Assembly: GCA_038117045.1 (NCBI GenBank)
Contig: JAYOFE010000005.1
Location: 53,078 to 117,077 of the forward strand
Length of the DNA stretch: 64,000 nt
Reading direction: 5' to 3'
From: Alphaproteobacteria bacterium
Lineage (GTDB): Bacteria > Pseudomonadota > Alphaproteobacteria > UBA6615
Shown: piece by piece, positions 38,538 to 48,528 of the stretch
Layout of the letters: the number at the start of each line of letters is the position of its first letter
Position numbering within the stretch: position 1 is the first letter of the stretch
Program-made: the position numbers and the translations under genes
Notes under the pieces: generated by a model
Databases searched by the model: none
What the model was told of the DNA's origin: nothing
Seen by the model: only the letters and a program-made list of their open reading frames with translations

Positions 38538-38759
38538 GATTAACCTCCAGATACAGGTTTGGTTGTGTTTTTTTGCTTTTTGGATCGGGAAGTCGGAGCG
38601 AACGGAATCGATCCGGCCTGCGATGATGCGCAGGTCTGGTGCGTTTCCCCTCTTACCGGCCTCCCTTGTACGGCATTGGTCGTTCAAATTTCTTGTTTGG
38701 CCGCCGGTAGGCTACGGGTTCGATAATATCTGCCGAAAAAGTGTGCGCAAGAGGACGGT

Positions 38760-40073
38760 GTGGTTCAGATCGGGTTGAGTAATGTTTCGGCAGGTTCGCC
38801 ACGCGCGGTCCTGCGCGATTTGTTTGCGGCGGCCCTCGATGCGGCCGATCCCATGGCCAGTGTGCCCGGCCATTTACCCCGGATTTCCGGGGACGGGCGC
38901 GTGGTCGTGATTGGAGCCGGCAAGGCGTCCGCTGCCATGGCGAAGGCTGTCGAAGACGCGGCGCGGGCGGCCGGGTGGCTGGACCGTATCGAGGGGCTGG
39001 TGGTGACGCGGTACGGCCACGGGGCCGATTGCGCGCGAATCGAGATCATCGAGGCGGCGCATCCGGTCTCCGATGAATCGGGTGCGCGCGCGGCACGCCG
39101 CGTGATGGAGATGGTGGGGAACCTGGACGCAGAGGATACCCTGATCTGCCTGATTTCAGGTGGCGGTTCGGCGTTGCTTTCGCTGCCGGCCGAGGGGGTG
39201 GCGGTCGAGGAGAAAGCCGCGATGAACCGGGCGTTGCTGCGCAGCGGCGCACCCATCGACCAGATGAATTGCGTGCGCAAGCATATCTCCGCGATCAAGG
39301 GCGGACGGCTGGCCGCCCACGCCCAGCCGGCGCAGGTTGTCACGCTGATGATTTCGGACGTGCCCCATGACGACCCGTCGGTGATCGCCTCGGGCCCAAC
39401 GGTGCCAGATCCCACGACCTGCGCCCAGGCTCTTGAGATACTCGACCGCTATGGGATCGACGCGCCCGACAGTATCCGTGAACTGCTCAACAGCGCACGT
39501 GGGGAGACCCCGAAGCCCGACGATCCTGTGTTCCAGCGGGTCCGCAACACGATCATCTCACGCCCAGCCGACATGATTTCGGCGGTCAAGGCGGCCGCGA
39601 CGGAGATGGGCCTTTCTGTTGTGTCCCTGGGCGCCGACCTTGAGGGAGAGGCGCGAGACCTCGGCTCGGAACACGCGCGGCTCGCAAAACGGCTCAAGGC
39701 CGAACGGGCAGGGGATCTTCCGTTGCTGATCCTGTCCGGCGGGGAGACGACCGTGACGGTGCGCGGCGATGGACGGGGCGGGCGCAACGCAGAATATGCG
39801 CTTGGTCTTGCGGCCGAACTGGGCGGGGGGCCGGGGATTTACGCCATTGCCTGTGACACCGACGGTATCGACGGAGTGGAAGACAACGCGGGTGTGGTTG
39901 TCATGCCGGATACGCTGGACCGGGCCACGGTACAGGGACTCACGACGGTTGATCACCTTGAACGTAACGACGCTTACGGGTTCTTTGCCGCCATCGGCGA
40001 TCTTGTCATGACCGGGCCGACGCGCACCAACGTCAATGATTTCCGGGCAATTTTGGTCACCGATGACAATTAA
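38760..40073 (+). CDS. Glycerate kinase (MOFRL / glycerate 2-kinase family)
   Basis: 437 aa with MOFRL/glycerate 2-kinase family sequence (…DGIDGVEDNAGVVVMPDTLD…). Confidence 0.8.
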   Translation: MVQIGLSNVSAGSPRAVLRDLFAAALDAADPMASVPGHLPRISGDGRVVVIGAGKASAAMAKAVEDAARAAGWLDRIEGLVVTRYGHGADCARIEIIEAAHPVSDESGARAARRVMEMVGNLDAEDTLICLISGGGSALLSLPAEGVAVEEKAAMNRALLRSGAPIDQMNCVRKHISAIKGGRLAAHAQPAQVVTLMISDVPHDDPSVIASGPTVPDPTTCAQALEILDRYGIDAPDSIRELLNSARGETPKPDDPVFQRVRNTIISRPADMISAVKAAATEMGLSVVSLGADLEGEARDLGSEHARLAKRLKAERAGDLPLLILSGGETTVTVRGDGRGGRNAEYALGLAAELGGGPGIYAIACDTDGIDGVEDNAGVVVMPDTLDRATVQGLTTVDHLERNDAYGFFAAIGDLVMTGPTRTNVNDFRAILVTDDN

Positions 40074-40179
40074 TTTATCGATTGGAAAATAAACTTGCCC
40101 GGTCTGGCCGTCCTTGTTATTTATCACGCGATAAATCAATGCGGCGCAGATTTCTGCGCGCCAATCCGGGAGCGGTTAA

Positions 40180-41397
40180 ATGAGCCACGCGGCGGAAATC
40201 CACGACAGTCCTGACGTCACTCGTGAAGAGGTGCTCGAACGCGCGGAAGGTGTGCTCCCGATCATCGCGGAGCGGGCAGACCTCGCGGACCAGCAGCGGC
40301 GTCTGCCGGAAGAAAACGTTCGCCTGTTTCAGGATGCCGGGCTGTTTCGCATTCTCCAGCCGAAGCGCGTGGGCGGGTATGAGCTCGACCTGGGGATGCT
40401 GGTGGACACAGGTGCCGTGATTTCCCGTGTCTGCGCATCGAGCGGCTGGAACGTCTCCAACCTTGCAAGCCATCACTGGATGCTGGGTATGTGGCCGAAG
40501 GAAGCGCAGGACGAGGTCTGGGGCGGGAACGGTGAGACGGCCGACAACCTGATCTGCGCCTCGGTGATCTTCCCGGCGGGCCGCGCCAAACGCGTCGACG
40601 GCGGCTACTTGTTGAGCGGGCGCTGGCCGTTCTGCTCGGGCATCGACCCCAGTGACTGGAACATGCTGGGCGGCATGGTCGAGGAAGACACCGACCATCC
40701 GGAAAAGGAGGCGCGGTTGTTCCTGGTCCGCAAGTCGGATCATGAGGTGATCGACACCTGGTTCACCTCAGGCCTGCAGGGCACCGGTTCGAAGGACGCC
40801 GCGGCCGAGGACCTGTTCGTGCCGGAGCACATGACCGTTGCGGCGGATGATGTGAAGGGCGGGCCGACGCCGGGCAGCGCGGTGAACCCCGGCGCGCTCT
40901 ACAAGGTGCCCGTGATTGCGCCCTTTGCATATGTGCTGTCGGGCACGCCGCTTGGCATCGCGGAAGGCGTCTATCGGAACTTTGTCGACGGCATGAAGGC
41001 GCGGACCACCAACTACACCGGCGCGAAGATCGCCGGACTCCAGAATATCCAGATCAAGGTGGCCGAAGCCGGTGCCGCGATCCAGGCAGCCCGCCTGATG
41101 ATGCTGGGTGATTGCGATGAATCCATGGATATCGCCGCACGCGGCGAGGTGCCGGACCTGGAGACCAAGGCCAAGTATCGGCGCAACGGCGCCTATAGCG
41201 CGAACCTGTGCGTTGAGGCCGTGAACACGCTCCACCAGGCCAGCGGCGGTGGTGGGATCTATTCCAAGAACTCCATCGCACGCGCTTTCCGTGACGTGCA
41301 CGCCGCGCGCGCACACATCGCATTCAACATGGATGTGGCGGGCACCACCTTCGGGCGGATCGCGCTGGGTCTCGGCACCGACAATCACGTGCTGTGA
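40180..41397 (+). CDS. Acyl-CoA dehydrogenase-fold flavin-dependent monooxygenase (group D, HsaA/C2-HpaH/DszC-like oxygenase component)
   Basis: The LFRILQPKRVGGYE motif and ACAD-like architecture without a CoA-binding signature suggest the oxygenase component of a two-component system. No reductase partner is adjacent. Confidence 0.65.
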   Translation: MSHAAEIHDSPDVTREEVLERAEGVLPIIAERADLADQQRRLPEENVRLFQDAGLFRILQPKRVGGYELDLGMLVDTGAVISRVCASSGWNVSNLASHHWMLGMWPKEAQDEVWGGNGETADNLICASVIFPAGRAKRVDGGYLLSGRWPFCSGIDPSDWNMLGGMVEEDTDHPEKEARLFLVRKSDHEVIDTWFTSGLQGTGSKDAAAEDLFVPEHMTVAADDVKGGPTPGSAVNPGALYKVPVIAPFAYVLSGTPLGIAEGVYRNFVDGMKARTTNYTGAKIAGLQNIQIKVAEAGAAIQAARLMMLGDCDESMDIAARGEVPDLETKAKYRRNGAYSANLCVEAVNTLHQASGGGGIYSKNSIARAFRDVHAARAHIAFNMDVAGTTFGRIALGLGTDNHVL

Positions 41398-42068
41398 TGT
41401 CGGCCGTTGTCGAAACAACTTCGGCACCGGAACCGGGCAGGGTGCGCCAGCGCCTCTCGCCCGAGGAACGTGAACGCCAGATCGTCGACGGGGCGATCGC
41501 GTACTTTGCCGAAGTGGGCCTGTCGGGGCAGACGCGTGAACTGGCCCAGCGGCTTGGTGTGACCCAGCCGCTGATCTACCGCTATTTCCCGAAAAAGCAG
41601 GACCTGATCGACCGTGTCTATGAGGAAGTCTTCGTCGGTCGCTGGCAGTCGTCCTGGGCAGACCTGATCGCCGACCGCTCGCGCCCGCTGCGTGAGCGAT
41701 TGATCGAATTCTACGGCACCTATGCGCGGGACGTTCTCAACTACGAGTGGATCCGGATTTACATGTTCGCCGGCCTCGCGGGTGAGGACATCAACCGGCG
41801 TTACATTGCGTTGCTTGAAGAGCGCCTGCTACGCCCCATTGTGACCGAGGTTCGCGATGCCGCCGGCGTCGCCGGACCTGATGCCACGCCGATCACCGGA
41901 CTGGAGATCGAGGCGGCGTGGCACATCCATGCAGCCGTTTTCTATTACTTCGTGCGCAAGCACATCTATCGCGCGAAGACCGAACCCGATCTCGATGCCT
42001 TCATTGCCGACGCGGTGGATCGCACCCTGCTGGGCGCCATTGAGGTCACCCGGCGCGAGTTGGGCTAG
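41394..42068 (+). CDS. TetR family transcriptional regulator
   Basis: HTH LSGQTRELAQRLGVTQPLIYRYFPKKQDL. The start (GTGATG) overlaps the stop of the upstream monooxygenase. Confidence 0.8.
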   Translation: MMSAVVETTSAPEPGRVRQRLSPEERERQIVDGAIAYFAEVGLSGQTRELAQRLGVTQPLIYRYFPKKQDLIDRVYEEVFVGRWQSSWADLIADRSRPLRERLIEFYGTYARDVLNYEWIRIYMFAGLAGEDINRRYIALLEERLLRPIVTEVRDAAGVAGPDATPITGLEIEAAWHIHAAVFYYFVRKHIYRAKTEPDLDAFIADAVDRTLLGAIEVTRRELG

Positions 42069-42084
42069 GCGCAGGCCACATGGA

Positions 42085-42116
42085 CAAAAAAGGCCGGGCA
42101 AAAGCCCGGCCTTTTC
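42085..42116. terminator. Bidirectional rho-independent terminator
   Basis: AAAAAAGGCCGGGC, loop AAAA, GCCCGGCCTTTT. Located between convergent genes. Confidence 0.6.
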
Positions 42117-42135
42117 CGTTGTGCCTGTTGGCAGG

Positions 42136-42873
42136 TTACTCGGCGGCGGTCGCCGCGGCCTTGGCGGCCTTGCGCTTCGCCCACCAGGTTTTGATGTCGA
42201 GCTTGAAGTGCTCGTAATAGACCTTCGGGAAGATGATCAGGATGTCGTAGAGCGCGATCCAGCCGCCTTTCAGCGTCACCGGGATCGTGATGAACGGTGA
42301 GGCGCCGATAATGACGATGTGCTCGTCCGGATTGATCTTGTCCCGGTTCTGAAGTGCGTTCTCGACATTGTGTGCGAATGACCAGTCGGCCCGGTAGATC
42401 ACCTGGCCTTCCGGGTTGATGACATACGCCGTGTTCGGCAGCAGTCCCCAGTCGTGGTGCCACTTGCCGTCGACGCTGTCGACGACGATCTTGCGCTTCT
42501 CGCCGTAGTCGTCGCGATTGCGTTTTGCGTAGGCGATCTTCTCGTCGATGGTCGTCGCGGGCTTGGCCTTTTCGCCCGGGTGCGCCTCGCGCACATAGAC
42601 GACCAGCCATTCGACGTCGGGATACTTCGCCTGCAGCTCCGCATATGGCTTCACGTTCTTGACGTACATCGGGCAGGTCAGGCTGCCGGATTCGATCACC
42701 AGCCATTTGCCCTTGTAGTCGGAGAGCTTCACCTCGTTCCCGTCGAGATCGGTGAAGGTGTAGTCGTAGTTGACCGTTTCACCCGCCTTTGGGCCGGGAA
42801 AGTAGCCAAGCTCGTAATTGCTCATCTTGAAACGGGGGTAGTTGTAAGTCTCCCCGCGTGCCGGTGCGCCCAT
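42136..42873 (-). CDS. Thioredoxin-fold protein, iodothyronine-deiodinase-like (SGSLTCP motif), with C-terminal hydrophobic/amphipathic tail
   Basis: KLSDYKGKWLVIESGSLTCPMY resembles the deiodinase FGSxT(U/C)P active-site region. The C-terminus ASPFITIPVTLKGGWIALYDILIIFPKVYY is hydrophobic. AAGGGA RBS precedes the ATG at 42873. Confidence 0.4.
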   Translation of the reverse strand: MGAPARGETYNYPRFKMSNYELGYFPGPKAGETVNYDYTFTDLDGNEVKLSDYKGKWLVIESGSLTCPMYVKNVKPYAELQAKYPDVEWLVVYVREAHPGEKAKPATTIDEKIAYAKRNRDDYGEKRKIVVDSVDGKWHHDWGLLPNTAYVINPEGQVIYRADWSFAHNVENALQNRDKINPDEHIVIIGASPFITIPVTLKGGWIALYDILIIFPKVYYEHFKLDIKTWWAKRKAAKAAATAAE

Positions 42874-42984
42874 GTTATTTTCCCTTTACGAACCTTGTTG
42901 CCTGTTCCTGTGTTCCCGAGATTATCAGAACACAAAGCTTGCACAAATCTCGGGCACAATTGCGTGAAGAGACGTGTCTGGGTG

Positions 42985-43764
42985 TCAGACCACGGTCCAG
43001 CCGCCGTCGATGGTAAGGCTGGCACCGGTGATCAGTCCGGATGCCGGCGAGGCGAGGAAGACGATGGCACCCGTCACGTCCGAAATCTTGCCCAGGCGGC
43101 CCATCAGGATGCGGTCCATCACGAACTGCCGGAACTCCGGGTTCTCGAACATCGGAGCCGTCATCGGGGTCTCGATGAAAGTCGGGCCGATGCAGTTGGA
43201 GCGGATGTTCTGCGGTGCCAGTTCCGCAGCGATCGCCTTGCTCATTCCCTCGACGGCATGCTTCGTCATGCAATAGACGGTGCGGTTGGGCGAGCCCACA
43301 TGGCCCATCTGCGATGACATATGGATCATCGATCCGCCACGGCCGCCCGCCAGCATGCGCCGGGCGGCGGCCTGGGCAACCGTGAACATGGATTTCACGT
43401 TCAGGTCGAGCAGGAAGTCGAGATTTTCTTCCGAGACATTGACGAAGGGTTCCGGCCGGTTCGAGCCGGCGTTGTTCATCAGGATGTCGATGCGCTCCAG
43501 CCCCTCGATCTTCTCTTGGACCTGGGCAGCATCGGTCACGTCGCAGACGAGGGGGGTGGCCTTGCCGCCCGCCTTCACGATCTCTTCGGCCACGGCGTCC
43601 AGCTCGGACTCGGTGCGGCTGACCAGCACGACCTCGGCACCGGCATCGGCCAGCGACAATGCCGCGCCGCGTCCGAGCCCGCGTCCGGCGCCACTGACGA
43701 CGGCCGTCAGCCCGTCAAGACGAAGGGAAGGGGTCACGAGATCTTGTACTTCGGCCACGCTCAT
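42985..43764 (-). CDS. SDR family oxidoreductase
   Basis: SGAGRGLG Rossmann motif, YCMTK catalytic motif. 259 aa. Confidence 0.85.
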   Translation of the reverse strand: MSVAEVQDLVTPSLRLDGLTAVVSGAGRGLGRGAALSLADAGAEVVLVSRTESELDAVAEEIVKAGGKATPLVCDVTDAAQVQEKIEGLERIDILMNNAGSNRPEPFVNVSEENLDFLLDLNVKSMFTVAQAAARRMLAGGRGGSMIHMSSQMGHVGSPNRTVYCMTKHAVEGMSKAIAAELAPQNIRSNCIGPTFIETPMTAPMFENPEFRQFVMDRILMGRLGKISDVTGAIVFLASPASGLITGASLTIDGGWTVV

Positions 43765-43914
43765 CTGTTTTCGACTCCAATCGACGCATTCAGGTCATTC
43801 GTAAACGATTGCAATCTTGCAATCCGGAATGCGTGCGACCATAACCGAGGCCAACGCGGGTTGTAAGACCGGCAAGATCAACCTTCACGACATGCCAAAG
43901 GCGAGGATTACCAC

Positions 43915-44913
43915 ATGGCGAAAAAGGCGACGGCGAAGAAGAAAACCGCCGGCAAGAAGAAGCTCCTGACCAAGGCCGATGTGCTGCGCAAGTGCAAGCA
44001 GCTCAACAACTGGGGCAAGTGGGGCAAGGACGACCAGCTTGGCGTGTTGAACTACATAACCCCGGAAGATGTTGTTGAGGCCTCAAAGCTGATCCAGAAG
44101 GGCAAGGTTTTCCGCCTGGGTCTGAACCTCGACGAGAAGGGCCCGCAGAACGGACTGTTCGGCGGCCGCTGGAACCCGATGCACCAGATGCTGGCGACCG
44201 GCACCGATGCCGTCCAGGGTATCCAGGAGCCGCTGGTCGGCATGCGCTACGCCGACGACGCCATCAACCTGCCGACCCAGTGTGCGACCCAGTGGGACGC
44301 GCTGGCCCATGTCTTTGAAGGCGACAAGATGTGGAACGGCTATGACGCGACGCTGGTCGACGTGCGCGGCGCCCACAAGAACGGCATCGAGCACTTCGCC
44401 GACAAGATGGTCGGCCGCGGCGTGCTGTTGGACGTCGCCCGCTACAAGCGCAAGAAGCGCCTTGCCGATGGCGAGGAGATCACGATCGAGGATCTCGAGG
44501 CGACCGCCAAGAAGCAGGGCGTCGAAGTGCGCCGTGGCGACTTCGTGCTGGTCAACACCGGCCAGATGGCTGACTGCCTCGACAAGGGCGACTGGGGTGG
44601 ATACGCCGGTGGCGATGCGCCGGGCCTGGCCTTCGAGACCGTGGACTGGATTCACAAGAAGGAAATCGCAGGCATCTGCTCAGACACCTGGGGCATCGAG
44701 GTTCGCCCGAACCGCAGCGTCCCGGGCATCAACCAGCCCTGGCACTGGGTGACGATCCCGCATATTGGCATCGTCCACGGCGAGATCTGGTACCTGCGCG
44801 AGCTGGTCGAGGACTGCAAGGAAGACGGCCGTTACGAGTTCTTCCTCTGCGCCCCGCCGCTGGTCATCACCCGCGGCACGGGTTCGCCGATCAATCCGCA
44901 GGCGATCAAGTAG
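43915..44913 (+). CDS. Cyclase family protein (PF04199-like; kynurenine formamidase/isatin hydrolase superfamily), copy 1, with Lys/Ala-rich N-terminal tail
   Basis: Core region ...NLPTQCATQWDALAHVF...DVARY... . N-terminus MAKKATAKKKTAGKKKLLTK is absent from the two paralogs. Confidence 0.7.
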   Translation: MAKKATAKKKTAGKKKLLTKADVLRKCKQLNNWGKWGKDDQLGVLNYITPEDVVEASKLIQKGKVFRLGLNLDEKGPQNGLFGGRWNPMHQMLATGTDAVQGIQEPLVGMRYADDAINLPTQCATQWDALAHVFEGDKMWNGYDATLVDVRGAHKNGIEHFADKMVGRGVLLDVARYKRKKRLADGEEITIEDLEATAKKQGVEVRRGDFVLVNTGQMADCLDKGDWGGYAGGDAPGLAFETVDWIHKKEIAGICSDTWGIEVRPNRSVPGINQPWHWVTIPHIGIVHGEIWYLRELVEDCKEDGRYEFFLCAPPLVITRGTGSPINPQAIK

Positions 44914-45021
44914 CGCTTCTGCGTCATTCGACGTTAGTATCGACGGCGCCGTCCCGATGGGATGGCGCCGTTTCGATTCAAGTGTGCCGGAAAGGCACCG
45001 TTCTGGGGAGAACGCAAGAAA

Positions 45022-45987
45022 ATGCCACGCAGATACGATGAGGTGTCGCTGACCATGGCCGATCTCGAGGTCATGGCCGAGAAATGCTCGAACTGGGGCC
45101 GCTGGGGCCCCGACGACGAGATCGGGACCCTGAATTTCATCGGGTCCGAGGAGCTGAAGCATGCCGCGAACATGGTGAAGCAGGGCAAGTCGATCTCGCT
45201 TGGGCTCGACTTCAACCAGGAAGGCCCGCAGACCGGCCGGTTCCGCCGTTTCAACCCGGTCCACTCCATGCTGGCGACCGGCACCGATGCGTGCGCGGGC
45301 AAGCACACCCAGCCCAACATCCAGTACGCCGACGACATGGTGACGATGCCGCTGCAGTGCGGCACCCAGTGGGACGCGCTGAGCCACATCTTCAACGACG
45401 GCAAAATGTGGAACGGCTACGACGCCTCGCTGGTCGATGCGAACGGCGCGAAGAAGAACGGCATCGAGAAGGTGAAGGCCAAGACGGTCGGGCGCGGCAT
45501 CCTGCTGGATATCGCGCGCTGGGCCGGAAAGGACTCACTCGACGACGGCACGGCGATTACCTGCGACGATCTTGAGAAATGCGCCGCCGACCAGGGTGTC
45601 GAAGTGCGCCGCGGTGACATCGTCGTGGTGCGCACCGGCCACATGGAACGTTGCCTGGCAAAGGGTGACTGGACGGGATACTCCGGTGGCGATTCGCCGG
45701 GCATGGCCTTCGAGACGGCGGAGTGGGCGTTCGAGAAGGAGATTGCCGCAGTCTGCACCGACACCTGGGGTTGCGAGGTGCGGCCGAACGAGATCGCCGA
45801 GGCATTCCAGCCCTGGCACTGGGTGGTCATCCCGAAGATGGGGCTCACACTGGGCGAGATTTTTTATCTCAAGGACATCGGTGCCGATTGCGCGGATGAC
45901 GGCGTGTACGAGTTCCTGTTCTGCGCGCCGCCGCTGCCGATCACGGGTGCCGTCGGTTCGCCGATCAACCCCATCGCGCTGAAATAG
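45022..45987 (+). CDS. Cyclase family protein, copy 2
   Basis: MPRRYDEVSLTMADLEVMAEKCSNWGRWGPDDE ... MPLQCGTQWDALSHIF. Start chosen by alignment with copy 3. GGGGAG RBS upstream. Confidence 0.75.
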   Translation: MPRRYDEVSLTMADLEVMAEKCSNWGRWGPDDEIGTLNFIGSEELKHAANMVKQGKSISLGLDFNQEGPQTGRFRRFNPVHSMLATGTDACAGKHTQPNIQYADDMVTMPLQCGTQWDALSHIFNDGKMWNGYDASLVDANGAKKNGIEKVKAKTVGRGILLDIARWAGKDSLDDGTAITCDDLEKCAADQGVEVRRGDIVVVRTGHMERCLAKGDWTGYSGGDSPGMAFETAEWAFEKEIAAVCTDTWGCEVRPNEIAEAFQPWHWVVIPKMGLTLGEIFYLKDIGADCADDGVYEFLFCAPPLPITGAVGSPINPIALK

Positions 45988-46044
45988 CCTTAGACAAGCA
46001 AACAACTGGCGACGAACGCCGGATCATAAGAGAGGAAAAGACAG

Positions 46045-47028
46045 ATGCATCGCTACGACGACCCGGCCTACCGGTTTGACATGGACCTGATCAAGGAAAA
46101 GTCCGAGCGCAACAAGAACTGGGGGAAATGGGGACCTGACGACGAGTGGGGCACCATCAATTATGTGGGCGATGAAGAGCGCAAGGCGGCAGCTGGGCTC
46201 GTCAAGAAGGGCCAGGTCTTCTCGCTCGGCCTGAACTTCGACAGCAACGGACCGCAGCGCGGCCTGTTCGGTGGACGCTGGAATCCGATCCACACCATGC
46301 TCGCGACGGGTACGGATGCGGTTGCCGGAAAACAGACGGTTCCGGGGAAGAAGTACGCGAGCCAGTACGCCGACGATGCGGTCTCTTTGCCGCTGCAGTG
46401 CGGCACCCAGTGGGACGCTCTGGGCCATGTCTTTAACAGTGACAAGATGTGGAACGGCTATGACGCGACTTTGGTGGGCGCGAATGGTGCGGAGAAAAAC
46501 GCCATCCACAAGATGCGCGACAAGATGGTCGGCCGCGGCATCCTGCTCGACATTGCGCGCTGGGCCGGCGTCGACTCCCTGGATGACGGCACGGCCATCG
46601 ATGCCGACGACCTGAACCAGTGCGCGAAGGACCAGGGTGTCGAGATTCGCCGTGGCGACTTCGTGATCTACCGCACGGGCCACATGGAGCGCTGCCTCGC
46701 GGCGGGCGAGTGGGGCGGGTATGCCGGCGGCGATGCGCCGGGCGTGTCGTTCCATACCTGTGACTGGATGCGCGACATGGAGATTGCCGCGATCTGCGCC
46801 GATACGTGGGGCTGTGAGGTCATCCCGAACGAGACGGATGATGTGTTCCAGCCCTGGCACTGGATCGTGATCCCACAGATCGGCATCACCATGGGCGAGA
46901 TCTTCTACCTGAAGGATCTCGCCAACGATTGTGCGGAGGACAAGGTGTACGAGTTCATGTTCGTCGCACCGCCGCTCCCGATTACCAAGGGCGTCGGTTC
47001 CCCGATCAATCCGCAGGCGATCAAGTAA
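46045..47028 (+). CDS. Cyclase family protein, copy 3
   Basis: MHRYDDPAYRFDMDLIKEKSERNKNWGKWGPDDE ... LPLQCGTQWDALGHVF. AGAGAGGAAAAG RBS. Confidence 0.75.
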   Translation: MHRYDDPAYRFDMDLIKEKSERNKNWGKWGPDDEWGTINYVGDEERKAAAGLVKKGQVFSLGLNFDSNGPQRGLFGGRWNPIHTMLATGTDAVAGKQTVPGKKYASQYADDAVSLPLQCGTQWDALGHVFNSDKMWNGYDATLVGANGAEKNAIHKMRDKMVGRGILLDIARWAGVDSLDDGTAIDADDLNQCAKDQGVEIRRGDFVIYRTGHMERCLAAGEWGGYAGGDAPGVSFHTCDWMRDMEIAAICADTWGCEVIPNETDDVFQPWHWIVIPQIGITMGEIFYLKDLANDCAEDKVYEFMFVAPPLPITKGVGSPINPQAIK

Positions 47029-47142
47029 CTTCGGGCGCGAATTCTTTGACGAGGGGCGGCGCCGGCCTTGCCGGTGCCGCCTCGCGCGTTTAAGACACAG
47101 GCAGATTCAGCGGCAAATTCAGCCAAACGAGGACGGTGAACT

Positions 47143-48456
47143 ATGGCGATCGAATTCCTGAAGCAGGGCATGGATTCCGAGGCGACGGACGAGGCGGACA
47201 CCAAGGTTCGCGGGATCGTCGAAGGGATCCTCAGCGATGTTAAGGCGCGCGGCGATGCAGCGGTGCGCGAGCTGTCGGAGAAGTTCGACAAGTGGACGCC
47301 GGAGAGCTTCCGCCTGTCCGATGCGCAGATCAAGGAACTGATGGATTCTCTGCCGGAGCAGACCATCGAAGACATCAAGTTCGCGCAGGCGCAGGTTCGC
47401 AACTTTGCGCAGATCCAGCGTGACGCGCTGAAGGATGTCGAGGTCGAGACGCTTCCCGGTGTGAAGCTCGGCCACAAGAATATTCCTGTGAACAGCGTGG
47501 GCTGCTACGTCCCCGGCGGCCGCTATCCGATGGTCGCCTCGGCGCATATGTCGGTGGTCACGGCCAAGGTGGCCGGCGTGCCGCGCGTGATCGCGTGCAC
47601 CCCGCCGAACGAGGGCGGTCCGCATGCGGCCACCATCGCGGCGATGCACCTTGCGGGCGCGGACGAAATCTATTGTCTGGGCGGTGTCCAGGCGGTGGCC
47701 GCCATGGGTATCGGTACGGAAACCATCCAGGGCTGTGACATGCTGGTGGGACCGGGCAACGCCTATGTCGCCGAGGCCAAGCGCCAGCTTTATGGCCGCG
47801 TGGGCATCGACCTCTTCGCCGGCCCGACCGAGGTCCTCGTGGTCGCCGATCACACGGCCGACGTGGAAATGGTTGTCGTCGATTTGCTGGGGCAGGCCGA
47901 GCATGGGCCGAACTCGCCGGCGGCGGTGATCACCACATCGCGCGAACTGGCAGAAGCCATTCCCGGTGAGATCGAACGCCAGCTCAAGCTGCTGCCGACA
48001 GCGGATGTGGCATCCATCGCGTGGAAGGACTACGGCCAGATCATTCTGTGCGACACCCGCGAGGAGATGCGGTCCGAAGCCGACCGACTGGCCTACGAGC
48101 ATGTCGAGATCCTGAGCGAGGATCCGCGGTGGTTCCTGGACAACATGACCAACTTCGGTGCGCTGTTCATCGGTCCGGAGACGAACGTCTCATACGGCGA
48201 CAAGGTGATCGGCACCAACCACACACTTCCGACCAAGGGTGCTGCCCGCTACACGGGCGGCCTGTGGGTGGGCAAGTTCATGAAGACCTGCACCTACCAG
48301 CAGATCACCGAGGAGGCGAGCGCGCTGGTGGGCGACTATTGCTCGCGGCTTTGCGAAGTCGAGCGCTTCTGGGGCCACAAGGAACAGGCCGATCTGCGCC
48401 TGCGTCGCTATGCGGGCCGCAACATCGGTATCGGTGCGACCAACGCGGCCGAGTAA
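47143..48456 (+). CDS. Histidinol dehydrogenase family protein (HisD-like paralog; context suggests a catabolic alcohol/aldehyde dehydrogenase such as HpsN-like)
   Basis: 437 aa with HisD-family sequence (e.g. …[31 protein letters not shown]…). It is not in a his operon. It sits beside a TRAP transporter. Confidence 0.8.
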   Translation: MAIEFLKQGMDSEATDEADTKVRGIVEGILSDVKARGDAAVRELSEKFDKWTPESFRLSDAQIKELMDSLPEQTIEDIKFAQAQVRNFAQIQRDALKDVEVETLPGVKLGHKNIPVNSVGCYVPGGRYPMVASAHMSVVTAKVAGVPRVIACTPPNEGGPHAATIAAMHLAGADEIYCLGGVQAVAAMGIGTETIQGCDMLVGPGNAYVAEAKRQLYGRVGIDLFAGPTEVLVVADHTADVEMVVVDLLGQAEHGPNSPAAVITTSRELAEAIPGEIERQLKLLPTADVASIAWKDYGQIILCDTREEMRSEADRLAYEHVEILSEDPRWFLDNMTNFGALFIGPETNVSYGDKVIGTNHTLPTKGAARYTGGLWVGKFMKTCTYQQITEEASALVGDYCSRLCEVERFWGHKEQADLRLRRYAGRNIGIGATNAAE

Positions 48457-48476
48457 TCGGTCTCACAGAACGGCGA

Positions 48477-48510
48477 TAAAAAAAGGGCGGCCCGGGGGCC
48501 GCCCTTTTTC
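48477..48510. terminator. Bidirectional rho-independent terminator
   Basis: AAAAAGGGCGGCCC, loop GGG, GGCCGCCCTTTTTC. Flanked by the convergent hisD-like and dctP genes. Confidence 0.7.
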
Positions 48511-48528
48511 GTGTGAGCTCCGTCGGAA

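Noticed and set aside
38538-38760. Sigma-54 (-24 GG / -12 GC) promoter and NtrC dyads upstream of amtB
   Set aside because: I looked for TGGCAC-N5-TTGC and TGCACC-N5-GGTGCA on the minus strand. Only weak partial matches were found, and I could not support a call by eye. A PWM scan is needed.
44943-44985. Hairpins between cyclase copy 1 and copy 2 (ACGGCGCC-N13-GGCGCCGT, GTGCC-ggaaa-GGCAC)
   Set aside because: There is no convincing U-tract. They may modulate read-through between paralogs but are too weak to call as a terminator.
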